Of a stretch of DNA of 29,615 bases, positions 8,017 through 16,575 are shown piece by piece (the stretch's first letter is position 1; every line of letters begins with the position of its first letter). Origin of the DNA: a virus (lineage: Duplodnaviria > Caudoviricetes). The stretch lies in IMG/VR virus record IMGVR_UViG_3300025018_000432, positions 1 through 29,615 of that record; one strand, 5' to 3'. The notes below the pieces were generated by a model. The model was not told the origin of the DNA. It worked only from the letters and a program-made list of their open reading frames with translations, and did no database searches. Made by a program: the position numbers and the translations under genes.

Positions 8017-8623
8017 GGTAGTACAAATTATTTTTGATTCATTGACAGCAAGAAACGTAAAGCCAAATAAAGTATCCGACAAGGATATTAAAGTTGCTCT
8101 CGAGGATTCTGGCAAAAGAGCACCTTGGAAATTAATTACTGGTTATGAAAAGGATGGTTCCTTCGATCTAACCGAATTATTTAATCAGGCGTTGGGATTG
8201 ACATTTGAGTCTTTTGAAACAGAGGTCAGCGTCCCAACGCCTGACCCTGTTTCTGAGGAGGAAATAATCTCCTCAGATATATTTGAAGAGATTGCTGTTG
8301 ATGCTGTTCAAAGAGATACCACAGTAAAGAAAAAGAGAGATTCAAGGAAAGTAGCTGATCTTCCTGAAAGCAAGAAGCTACAATTTAAGGATCCTGTGTA
8401 TCTTGTTCAGTCCATTGATTGCTCAGGTGAATATACTGTTGTTGGTATTACTGCTAGCTTCACAAAGGTTTGGGATAAATTAGTATACAGAGCCTTAAAA
8501 GATCATGGCACAATTGACAGAGAAGAAGCTCAATATGAAGTAGAAACAAAAGGTGCAGTTATGTTTTCCTCAGCTAATGCACGCATTCTTAAATGCGTTA
8601 TTGAAAAAAGGGAACTTGAATAG
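7997..8623 (+). CDS. Hypothetical protein
   Basis: Long ORF 7973..8623; GGAG RBS favours ATG at 7997. Confidence 0.7.
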   Translation: MTKSQVEVVQIIFDSLTARNVKPNKVSDKDIKVALEDSGKRAPWKLITGYEKDGSFDLTELFNQALGLTFESFETEVSVPTPDPVSEEEIISSDIFEEIAVDAVQRDTTVKKKRDSRKVADLPESKKLQFKDPVYLVQSIDCSGEYTVVGITASFTKVWDKLVYRALKDHGTIDREEAQYEVETKGAVMFSSANARILKCVIEKRELE

Positions 8624-8624
8624 A

Positions 8625-8843
8625 ATGGATGAACATAAATTTATTTTGATAGGCCTAGGGGCACTTGCTTGGGCTATTCTAGGGCTTCTGCTCGCCGACA
8701 AATATATGATGTATGAAATGCCTTGGTATAAAAGAATTCTGCTCATTGTAATTGGCGGTCCTTTTCTTTGGACCGCCGGTTCTGTGTACGGCACAATTCG
8801 AGGAATCAATGCTGCATTAGATAAATTTTTTATTGGGAGATAG
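8625..8843 (+). CDS. Small membrane protein
   Basis: ATG at 8625 just after the previous stop; two hydrophobic segments. Confidence 0.6.
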   Translation: MDEHKFILIGLGALAWAILGLLLADKYMMYEMPWYKRILLIVIGGPFLWTAGSVYGTIRGINAALDKFFIGR

Positions 8844-8844
8844 A

Positions 8845-9408
8845 ATGAGAAAAGGCGATTGGATGCAAACTTATACTGGTCTGAAGTTTTATCCTTTGGA
8901 CCCAAGACCAGATGAAATAGACATGTTAGACATCATACACTGCTTGTCCAGGGTATGCAGATACTCTGGTAACACAAATGCCTTTTATTCAGTAGCGGAG
9001 CATTCACTGCTCATGGCGAGACATTTTAAAGAACATGCCAGGATAGCCTTATTACATGATGCTGCTGAGGCATATTTTGGCGATATCCCTCGACCAATAA
9101 AAAATGCCATCCCTGATATCAAGAAATACGAGCACAATCTTTTAGCTATTATTTTCAAGAAATATAGTGTTGGTCCATTGAATGATTCAATACTGTATCT
9201 TATTGAGACAATGGATCTGGAGATGCTCTGGCAAGAGAAGAATCATTACAATGTTATGGGCAATAATAACAAATTTGGTTGGGGAGTAGTTCCTAATTAT
9301 CCTCCTTCCACTAAAATTGATATAAGATGTACTATACCAGAGCTGGTTGAGATTAAATTCAGGGATGCAATTGAAAAGAATTTTAATTTATTTATAAAAA
9401 TGTGTTGA
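8845..9408 (+). CDS. HD-domain phosphohydrolase (YfbR/YfdR-like deoxynucleotidase)
   Basis: TYTG, LSRVCRYSG, YSVAEHS and LLHDAAEAYFGDIPRPIK. Confidence 0.88.
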   Translation: MRKGDWMQTYTGLKFYPLDPRPDEIDMLDIIHCLSRVCRYSGNTNAFYSVAEHSLLMARHFKEHARIALLHDAAEAYFGDIPRPIKNAIPDIKKYEHNLLAIIFKKYSVGPLNDSILYLIETMDLEMLWQEKNHYNVMGNNNKFGWGVVPNYPPSTKIDIRCTIPELVEIKFRDAIEKNFNLFIKMC

Positions 9409-9433
9409 CAAACAAGAAAAAATCCTGTATAAT
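9405..9433 (+). promoter_or_regulatory. Sigma70-type promoter for the queD-queE-folE operon
   Basis: TTGACA 9405-9410, 17 bp, TATAAT 9428-9433. Confidence 0.85.
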
Positions 9434-9484
9434 GTTTATATACAGTAAATAAAGAAGGTATAGGTAGTCAACAGGAGAAAGGAT

Positions 9485-9667
9485 ATGATTGGTTCTGATA
9501 TTGATATAATTATTTTGTGGGTAAGCATGATTACTTTTCTTTGGACAGGTGCTGCTTTTGTTAAGAGGGCAAGAGATGGCAAGCCAGGATCAGCTATAGC
9601 TATTTTGTGTATATGGTCTATATGTAGTTTTTTCATTGCTGCTTTAATGCTTTATAAAATAAATTGA
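9485..9667 (+). CDS. Small membrane protein (60 aa)
   Basis: AGGAGAAAGGA RBS; two hydrophobic segments around a basic loop. Confidence 0.65.
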   Translation: MIGSDIDIIILWVSMITFLWTGAAFVKRARDGKPGSAIAILCIWSICSFFIAALMLYKIN

Positions 9668-9677
9668 GGAGAATAAA

Positions 9678-10823
9678 ATGCAGGATACGTTTTTAGTAAC
9701 AAGGAAGTTGGAGACTGGTCAATGTCCAGTCTGTGATAAAAAAGTAAAATCAGTAATGATACATTTATCCAGAAAAGTGGATGGAAATCATGCCGAATAT
9801 CTCAAAAGCCTGAAATTAGGATTGAGTGGGATCATTATGAATAAATTTCATGAAGGTAAATTTGTTATTGAAATTATTAATGAACTAAAGAATGAAATAG
9901 AAAATATTAATGTATTATTCCATACAGATGTTTCTTTGAATAATTTAATCCGCGAAGTGTATACACAAAATAATGTATCCTCAAGGGATAATGTTTCTAA
10001 AAAAATGAGAGGAGAGAATAATCCTTCCAATGATGTATCTGTTAAGAAAAAAATATCATTGTCAATACATAAATTGTGGGAAGAAGGTGTTTACGATAGC
10101 AGGATTAATAACATGGATTTAACAGCCATGGAGAATCATCATACCTATAAGGAAAGCGATCATTACATTGAAAATTTTGGAATTAACAAATATAATGTTC
10201 TATATCATTATCTGTTTGGTGATGATAAATGTATTAAATGTGATAATGAAACAAGAAAAAGGAATATTCATCATATAGATGAAAATCGAAATAATTTTCT
10301 GCCTTCAAATCTTGAAAATTTATGTGTGCCATGTCATACTACACAGCATTATTCAAGACAAAAAGAACCTTTTTGTACAATAAGTAAGGATTTTTATATA
10401 CCTGCAGCTCATTTTTTGCCAAATCACCCTAAAAGATGTCAATATATACATGGCCATGAATGGAAACTGACAGTCTATATTAAAAAGAGAATAGACAAAA
10501 AAACTGGTATGGTTATGGATTTTTCAGAGCTTAAGAGGGTTGTTAATGAATTTGTTATTGATGAATTAGACCATAATTATTTTAATAATTTTTTAATTAA
10601 TCCTACCGCTGAAAATATTGTGTTTTGGATTTGGGATCAATTAATGTATAATGGATTAAAAGGAATTGATAAAATTGAACTCTGGGAAGCTAAGGATTCT
10701 TTGTGTAGGATTGATAAAAATGACATGTTGGGATATTTTATAAAATCATTCTCAAATAAATTATTTTTTGATAATGAAGGAACCCTTATTTTAAAGGATA
10801 TAATTAAAAAGGAGAATGACTAA
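9678..10823 (+). CDS. queD: Fusion of an HNH homing-endonuclease-like region and QueD (6-carboxytetrahydropterin synthase)
   Basis: N-terminal CPVC...H, HNH motif CIKC...IHHIDENRNNFLPSNLENLCVPCHTTQH; C-terminal QueD motifs AAH, CQYIHGH, GMVMDF, LDH, PTAEN, ELWE. Confidence 0.85.
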   Translation: MQDTFLVTRKLETGQCPVCDKKVKSVMIHLSRKVDGNHAEYLKSLKLGLSGIIMNKFHEGKFVIEIINELKNEIENINVLFHTDVSLNNLIREVYTQNNVSSRDNVSKKMRGENNPSNDVSVKKKISLSIHKLWEEGVYDSRINNMDLTAMENHHTYKESDHYIENFGINKYNVLYHYLFGDDKCIKCDNETRKRNIHHIDENRNNFLPSNLENLCVPCHTTQHYSRQKEPFCTISKDFYIPAAHFLPNHPKRCQYIHGHEWKLTVYIKKRIDKKTGMVMDFSELKRVVNEFVIDELDHNYFNNFLINPTAENIVFWIWDQLMYNGLKGIDKIELWEAKDSLCRIDKNDMLGYFIKSFSNKLFFDNEGTLILKDIIKKEND

Positions 10824-11476
10824 TGGCATTAATCGTAAATGAAATATTTACTTCTTTTCAGGGAGAGGGTGCCTTTATTGGTCGAAAGTCTCTTTTTATT
10901 CGGCTGCAAGGGTGTAATCTAGCTTGTAGCTGGTGTGATTCAAAATACTCCGTTTCTAAACAAGGTGGGATTGAATTATCTTTTCAGGAAATGCTTAATT
11001 ATTACATCAAAGGCGAATTCAATAATGTTGTTATTACTGGCGGCGAGCCTTTGATCCAACAGCATGATCCTGAATTCAATAAGATGATTGATTATTTTAT
11101 CAGCGCTGATAAAACTATCGAAATTGAAACAAATGGTACTATCATACCTGATTTCCCTGGTAAAGATACTGTAATGTTCAATGTGTCACCTAAATTAGAA
11201 AATTCAGGTATGGGAGAACACTTTTCTTATGAAGCCTTGAAATGGTTCGCTGATAATTATCAGCACTTTAAATTTGTTGTTGATCCTTATGATGAAAATT
11301 GCTTAGGCGAAATTTATGCTCTGCAGGATGAATTCAAGATAGAGGATGCAGAGATATACCTTATGGCTGAAGGCGTAACAAAAGAAGAAGTCACAAAAGG
11401 CACTATTGAATTGATGCAGATGGATCATCCTTTCAATGTTACGACAAGAGCACATATTCTCTTTAATGTTAAGTAA
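10823..11476 (+). CDS. queE: 7-carboxy-7-deazaguanine synthase QueE (radical SAM)
   Basis: EIFTSFQGEG, FIRLQGCNLACSWCDS, VITGGEPL, IETNGT, VSPK, FKFVV. Confidence 0.92.
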   Translation: MALIVNEIFTSFQGEGAFIGRKSLFIRLQGCNLACSWCDSKYSVSKQGGIELSFQEMLNYYIKGEFNNVVITGGEPLIQQHDPEFNKMIDYFISADKTIEIETNGTIIPDFPGKDTVMFNVSPKLENSGMGEHFSYEALKWFADNYQHFKFVVDPYDENCLGEIYALQDEFKIEDAEIYLMAEGVTKEEVTKGTIELMQMDHPFNVTTRAHILFNVK

Positions 11477-11485
11477 GGAAATACT

Positions 11486-12091
11486 ATGTTTATTACAAAA
11501 AATAGTCAAGAAATAATTACAAGAGAAGAAAGGATTAAAAAGGTCTCATTCTGGGTAGAAGGAATGATTCGTGATTTGGGATTGGATATGGACTCAATTC
11601 ATCTTAAGGATTCGCCTGAAAGAATTGCTCGGATGTATGTTGATGAAATTTTCTCTGGCATATACAATGATCAACCCAAATTTACTGTGTTTGATAATGC
11701 CAAGAAAGTCGATGAGATGGTATTCTTGGGTGGGATTGACTTGTTCTCTACTTGCAGTCATCATTTCAAGAGTTTCCAGGGCAAAGCGTATATAGCATAT
11801 CTTCCTGGAGACAAGCTTGTTGGTATCTCAAAGCTGGCAAGAATTACTGATTGGTTTGCTCGTCGTCCTCAGGTTCAAGAAGATTTGACTGCTGAAATTG
11901 CGAATTTTCTTGTGGACAAATTACAGCCTAAAGGACTTGGTGTCCATATTACTGCTATTCATAATTGTATCAGGGTACGTGGTGCAAAACAATCTACCTC
12001 TGAAATGAAGACTACAGCATTACGCGGTTGTTTCCGATCCGATAAAACTGTGTCTGATGAATTCATGTGGATGATTAATCAAATGAAATAG
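11486..12091 (+). CDS. folE: GTP cyclohydrolase I FolE
   Basis: SPERIARMY, STCSHH, GISKLAR, RRPQVQEDLT, HNCIRVRG, TTALRG. Confidence 0.94.
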   Translation: MFITKNSQEIITREERIKKVSFWVEGMIRDLGLDMDSIHLKDSPERIARMYVDEIFSGIYNDQPKFTVFDNAKKVDEMVFLGGIDLFSTCSHHFKSFQGKAYIAYLPGDKLVGISKLARITDWFARRPQVQEDLTAEIANFLVDKLQPKGLGVHITAIHNCIRVRGAKQSTSEMKTTALRGCFRSDKTVSDEFMWMINQMK

Positions 12092-12100
12092 GATTTTATA

Positions 12101-12583
12101 ATGAAAAATTTTGATGCTAACCTTGCAAAAGGTAAATATTTTGAGAAGAAAATAAAGCCTTATTTGGATTTGATGAATAAGGCTTATGTTGTTCGGGATA
12201 CTTCGGATACTCATAGAATTATGGGAAAGAAGTATCCCGATTTTGAAATCTTGAAGGATGGAAAAATAAAATTGCTTATTGATGCAAAGTACAAGAAGGC
12301 ATATTATAAAGAAGGTAAGTGGTATCTCCCTGTCTCAATTGATTTCATCAATGATTACATTTTTCATTCTGACCGATTAGGTGTTCCTTGTGCTATTGTG
12401 TTTGGAGTTTCTGCTGAATCAAGAGAGCATAAAGGTAAAGTATTTTTTGTCAAGGACATTAAGAAGGTTCCTTATCTTCTAGTTCCTCAAAACAATGAGC
12501 ATGGCTCTGCCCCTTCTTGTTGGTATGATGTATCCAGTTTAATACCTTGTGACTTCAAATTGAATCCTCCTGAAGAGATATAA
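12101..12583 (+). CDS. PD-(D/E)xK-superfamily nuclease (putative)
   Basis: GKYFE helix, YPDF and IDAKYK fit the E...PD...D/ExK pattern. Confidence 0.6.
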   Translation: MKNFDANLAKGKYFEKKIKPYLDLMNKAYVVRDTSDTHRIMGKKYPDFEILKDGKIKLLIDAKYKKAYYKEGKWYLPVSIDFINDYIFHSDRLGVPCAIVFGVSAESREHKGKVFFVKDIKKVPYLLVPQNNEHGSAPSCWYDVSSLIPCDFKLNPPEEI

Positions 12584-12586
12584 ATA
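12579..12586 (+). promoter_or_regulatory. T4-type late promoter TATAAATA
   Basis: Exact T4 late consensus 38 bp upstream of ATG 12625. Confidence 0.65.
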
Positions 12587-12624
12587 ATATAAAGAAAAAT
12601 TATTATTCCAAAAGAGGATACGAA

Positions 12625-13479
12625 ATGAAAAAATTTAATGATATAGTAGAAAGTTTGGTACTGCTGAATGAGAAACTTATTACATTAGGAGGCAAAGCAT
12701 ATCCTCCTTTCGGTAATGTTGTCATTATGGCGGGTGGTGCGGGTTCAGGAAAAGGATTCATCAAGAGCAATCTTATTGGCCTTGAAGGCGCCAATTTTGA
12801 TGTTGATGAATTGAAAAAACTAGCCATCAAATCAGACAAGATTGAACAGAAAGTCAAAGAAGAAATGGGGATTGATTTTACAGAATTACGTAAACCTAAT
12901 TCTCTAAAGAAACCTGAGAACGTGGCGCTTCTTCATGACATTATCAAGACATTGTTAAACCTTGATGATAAGAAGAAAGAAACAATGTTCACTAGTATTC
13001 TTATTGCTGCGCCTGATCGTAAACCGAATATTATATTTGATACTACATTAGCTTCAATTTCTAAATTAGCAAACCTAACAAGAAGTTTGGCAAAGATTGG
13101 TTATGATTCAAAGAATATTCATATTGTATGGGTTGTGAATGATATTGAAGTTGCCAAAATACAAAACCTGAAAAGATCAAGAACGGTTCCTACTGAAATT
13201 CTTGTCAATACCCATCGAGGTGTGTCGCAAACAATGAATGACATTCTTTCAATGGGTAAGGATCTTTCCAAATACATGGATGGGGATATTGTCTTTGCTT
13301 TCAACAAAGTAAATGTTGATGCTACCCTTGCTAAATCCGCTGCAGGAGGACATTACATCAAGGATGCTGCTTTCTTTTATGTGAAGAAATCAGGTCATCT
13401 TGTTACATCGCCTGATAAATTGAGTGACACAATCAAGCAGAAAATAAAAGCATACGTACCAAAAGAAGTTCAATGGTAA
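12625..13479 (+). CDS. P-loop kinase-like protein (zeta-toxin/AAA_33-like), probably late-expressed
   Basis: VVIMAGGAGSGKGF Walker A, FDVD, IIFDTT and NLKRSRTVP lid motif. Confidence 0.75.
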   Translation: MKKFNDIVESLVLLNEKLITLGGKAYPPFGNVVIMAGGAGSGKGFIKSNLIGLEGANFDVDELKKLAIKSDKIEQKVKEEMGIDFTELRKPNSLKKPENVALLHDIIKTLLNLDDKKKETMFTSILIAAPDRKPNIIFDTTLASISKLANLTRSLAKIGYDSKNIHIVWVVNDIEVAKIQNLKRSRTVPTEILVNTHRGVSQTMNDILSMGKDLSKYMDGDIVFAFNKVNVDATLAKSAAGGHYIKDAAFFYVKKSGHLVTSPDKLSDTIKQKIKAYVPKEVQW

Positions 13480-13480
13480 A

Positions 13481-13525
13481 AGGAAAAGAGACACAAATTG
13501 ATTTTTGTGTCTCTTTCCTGCTTTT
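13481..13525 (+). terminator. Intrinsic terminator
   Basis: AAAGAGACACAAA / TTTGTGTCTCTTT 13-bp stem directly after the stop, with T-rich tail. Confidence 0.8.
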
Positions 13526-13530
13526 AATGA

Positions 13531-13559
13531 TTGACAAGTGATTCTATATATGTTATACT
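13531..13559 (+). promoter_or_regulatory. Sigma70-type promoter for the dpdA-like pair
   Basis: TTGACA 13531-13536, 17 bp, TG-T-TATACT 13554-13559; AAGGAGG RBS. Confidence 0.85.
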
Positions 13560-13604
13560 TATGTTTTATTATATTAATTTAACAAAAGAGAATGAAGGAG
13601 GCTG

Positions 13605-14828
13605 ATGTTTAAGAAATACATACAACCAATTGAGACAAGAAAGTCAGTATATTTTAATGTTCTGGCTGGCTCGGTGTTTACATCCTTGAATCAAGTAACT
13701 GATGAGGATTTTAATACTGGGAAAATTGTTAATATAACCCAGAGCCCAAGGTGGTTCAATAAGGAAGCAAATCCATACATCTATGATCCTCATGTTCTGG
13801 TTTCTTCTGCTCATTATAGCGGAGTTAAGGATCTACGGGCAAAGATGAAAGCTGATGATGATACGATAATTTTTGTGGACTCAGGAGGATTCCAATTAGC
13901 TACAGGAGTAAAGCCTAAGCACACAAGAGAGAAGGCATTGATTTGGTCAGAAACAAATGGAAACATTTTCCCTATTCTTGACCTTCCTGCAAATACCAAA
14001 TTCTCTCTGCAGGATTCAATTGATTTTAGTGTTGAATCAGCTAAATATTATGCTGATAATAGGACAAATCATGATTGCACTATAATGAATGTGCTGTCCG
14101 CAAAAGATTATAATGGCATGGAAAAGTGGTATAATGCTATTAAAGATTTTCCTTTTGATGGCTGGTGTTATGGTGGCCATGGCAATTTCCTGAAGTCCAT
14201 CATTCAATCAATTTTATTTCTTGAGATGAAAGGTGAATTTAAAAAGACCTCTAATCTGCATATGTTCGGGACAACCTCTTTATCAATAATCCCTTATATC
14301 ATATATGCACAATATTTACTGAACCAGAAAGGGATTGATTGCCAATTGTCCTTTGATTCCAGTTATGCTTTCACATATGCAGGATACGGTAAATATTTCA
14401 TATTTCCTTCATTCAAAGGAATGTCCGCTCTTATCATATCAAACAAATATGATTGGTCAGGCTTAAGTGAATTTAGTCATTTTGGATGTGATTGTCCTGT
14501 ATGTCAAGGCGTTACTGATGTTAAGAAATTATTTGATGGATCGATGGGTTCTCATTTCTATAGCATCATTGGTATACACAATTATATAATGATTGCTCGG
14601 TTCAAAGAAATCATTGAAGGATTGCTTTCAATGAATATCCCTTGCACTGACAATGACCATGGTATATTTGAATCATTGCCCACTGAAATGAAAAACAATT
14701 TTAAATATATGAGAGAGGCGTTTGATGTAATGGGGAAAAAAGGTATCAATATAATCAATGACAAATTTGCCAATTCCGTTGTGAAGAAAGGTCTTGTCAA
14801 TAAAAAAATATCTTCCTTCTTTGGATGA
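13605..14828 (+). CDS. dpdA: TGT-fold guanine transglycosylase, DpdA-like (paralog 1)
   Basis: FVDSGGFQ, PILDLP, LHMFGT, SFDSS and zinc site CDCPVC...HN; folE/queD/queE context. Confidence 0.82.
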   Translation: MFKKYIQPIETRKSVYFNVLAGSVFTSLNQVTDEDFNTGKIVNITQSPRWFNKEANPYIYDPHVLVSSAHYSGVKDLRAKMKADDDTIIFVDSGGFQLATGVKPKHTREKALIWSETNGNIFPILDLPANTKFSLQDSIDFSVESAKYYADNRTNHDCTIMNVLSAKDYNGMEKWYNAIKDFPFDGWCYGGHGNFLKSIIQSILFLEMKGEFKKTSNLHMFGTTSLSIIPYIIYAQYLLNQKGIDCQLSFDSSYAFTYAGYGKYFIFPSFKGMSALIISNKYDWSGLSEFSHFGCDCPVCQGVTDVKKLFDGSMGSHFYSIIGIHNYIMIARFKEIIEGLLSMNIPCTDNDHGIFESLPTEMKNNFKYMREAFDVMGKKGINIINDKFANSVVKKGLVNKKISSFFG

Positions 14829-14833
14829 GGTGA

Positions 14834-16051
14834 ATGATGAAAAATAGAACAGCACACTTTTATAATGTATTAACCGGAACTCTCAACCTACTAGGGAAGA
14901 AAGATTCATATTTTCTTGACCCAGAGACACCAAATTTCAAGAAGAGTCCAAGATGGTATACGAAAGAATCAGACCCTTCATTTTATGAACCAAGAATTCT
15001 TGTTTCTGGTCCTCATAATAGAAACAAGGATGTCTGTTCGGATATTAGTGTAGGAAAGGATACTACTGTGTTTGGTGATTCAGGAGGATTTCAATTAGCA
15101 ACAGGAAAGATATCTCCTCAGGAATGGACATTTGAGACCTCCTTAAATTGGTTGGAAAAGAATGCTAACATTTTTCCTATTCTTGATTGGCCTATAGGTG
15201 GTCTTGCTAAAGATTTAAAAGGTAAGGTGAGCTTCCTTGATGCTATATCTCATACAACAGAGGCAGCTAAATATTTTTATGAGAAGAGAACAAGAGAAGA
15301 CAGAACAATTTTGAATGTACTTTCTTCATCCAGAGCTTCACATATGCAAGGATGGTATGATGGAGTAAAAGATTATAAATTCGATGGTTGGGCTTTTGGT
15401 GGTCATGCTAATCATTTGAAAACCATTCTTGAAGGGATAATGTTTCTGGTCAGTAATGGTGAATTTAATACAGACAAGCCTAGACCTCTGCATGTGTTTG
15501 GTACTACATCTATGGGAGTAATTCCTTATATTGTATATGCGCAACACCTGCTGAATGAAAAGGATATCAACATCCAATTGTCCTTTGATTCTTCCAGTGC
15601 TTCTGCAATGGTGAATTACGGGAATTACATTCAATTTTGTACACCAACAGCAATGACTAATACAGGCGTATCAAACAAATATGATTGGTCTAAATTGAAC
15701 GAATATTCAAGATTTGGTTGCTCCTGTCCAATCTGTAGGGATGTTGATAATATGTCTTTTCTTATGTCCGAAGAAGGTAAAGGACAGTTTTACATGATTA
15801 TAGCAACGCATAATTACTATCAAATGCTGCAATACAAAAGGACATTCGATGGAGTGGTTTCATTAAATTGTCAAGAAGTAAATGACTCATTGCCTTTGGA
15901 ATTGAAAGAAAATTTCAAGATTATGAAAAAGGCTTTTGATGTCATGGGAGAAGGCGGGTTATCAATTCTTGAGAACGGTATCAAAGTGGCAAGAAAGAAA
16001 AACCCAACAGCTAATTCAGGTAAAGGAAAAGGCGTATCAAATTTTTTGTAG
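14834..16051 (+). CDS. dpdA: TGT-fold guanine transglycosylase, DpdA-like (paralog 2)
   Basis: FGDSGGFQ, PILDWP, LHVFGT, SFDSS and CSCPIC...HN; colinear with paralog 1 along its length. Confidence 0.82.
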   Translation: MMKNRTAHFYNVLTGTLNLLGKKDSYFLDPETPNFKKSPRWYTKESDPSFYEPRILVSGPHNRNKDVCSDISVGKDTTVFGDSGGFQLATGKISPQEWTFETSLNWLEKNANIFPILDWPIGGLAKDLKGKVSFLDAISHTTEAAKYFYEKRTREDRTILNVLSSSRASHMQGWYDGVKDYKFDGWAFGGHANHLKTILEGIMFLVSNGEFNTDKPRPLHVFGTTSMGVIPYIVYAQHLLNEKDINIQLSFDSSSASAMVNYGNYIQFCTPTAMTNTGVSNKYDWSKLNEYSRFGCSCPICRDVDNMSFLMSEEGKGQFYMIIATHNYYQMLQYKRTFDGVVSLNCQEVNDSLPLELKENFKIMKKAFDVMGEGGLSILENGIKVARKKNPTANSGKGKGVSNFL

Positions 16052-16058
16052 GAGAAAA

Positions 16059-16457
16059 ATGAAAGTATTTTTAGGCGGTACATGCAATAATTCTAATTGG
16101 CGGTCATGTATCAAGCCATTACTACAGATTGATTATTTTGATCCAGTTGTTGCTGATTGGAACATTGAAGCAATGAAAGAAGAGATTAAACAGAGGGAAG
16201 AATGTGATGTTGTCTTGTATGTCATTACACCAGAATTGACTGGTGTATATTCAATAGCAGAGGCTGTTGATGATTCCAACAAGAGACCAGAGAGATTGAT
16301 TTTTGTCCCGCTGAGAGAATGGAGTTGCTTTAAGTTCAATGATGCTGCATGGAAATCAATGTGTTCAGTCTCTGACCTGATCAAAAGAAACAAAGCAAAG
16401 GTAATCTTCTCCTTAGGTGATGCTGCTCTGGCGTTAAATAGTTGGGAAAGATTGTAA
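16059..16457 (+). CDS. Nucleoside 2-deoxyribosyltransferase-like protein
   Basis: KVFLGGTCNNSNWR, YFDPVVADW, CDVVLYVITP, GVYSIAEA; AGGAG RBS places the start at 16059. Confidence 0.78.
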   Translation: MKVFLGGTCNNSNWRSCIKPLLQIDYFDPVVADWNIEAMKEEIKQREECDVVLYVITPELTGVYSIAEAVDDSNKRPERLIFVPLREWSCFKFNDAAWKSMCSVSDLIKRNKAKVIFSLGDAALALNSWERL

Positions 16458-16465
16458 TTTAATTG

Positions 16466-16530
16466 TTGACAAGAAGCCTCCTTAATGTTATACTCTCTAT
16501 ATAAGATTGATTAATAACATTACAGGAGGT
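16466..16530 (+). promoter_or_regulatory. Sigma70-type early promoter cassette, extended class, with AGGAGG RBS
   Basis: TTGACA 16466-16471, 17 bp, TG-T-TATACT 16489-16494, CTCTATATAAGATTGATT. Confidence 0.85.
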
Positions 16531-16536
16531 TTACCT

Positions 16537-16575
16537 ATGAATATACAGAAAATTTTAGTCTTAGGAGAAAAATAA
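16537..16575 (+). CDS. 12-aa mini-ORF MNIQKILVLGEK coupled to the next gene
   Basis: AGGAGG RBS, ATG 16537, TAA overlapping the next ATG (TAATG). Confidence 0.4.
   Translation: MNIQKILVLGEK

Noticed and set aside
9678-10370. Intein in queD
   Set aside because: No block A, block B or His-Asn/Cys-Ser-Thr junction found, so it is treated as a direct HNH fusion
13605-16051. Ordinary bacterial tRNA-guanine transglycosylase for queuosine
   Set aside because: Phage context, strong divergence from bacterial TGT outside the core motifs, and no queC/queF/queA in the window favour DpdA-like DNA enzymes; tRNA activity is not formally excluded
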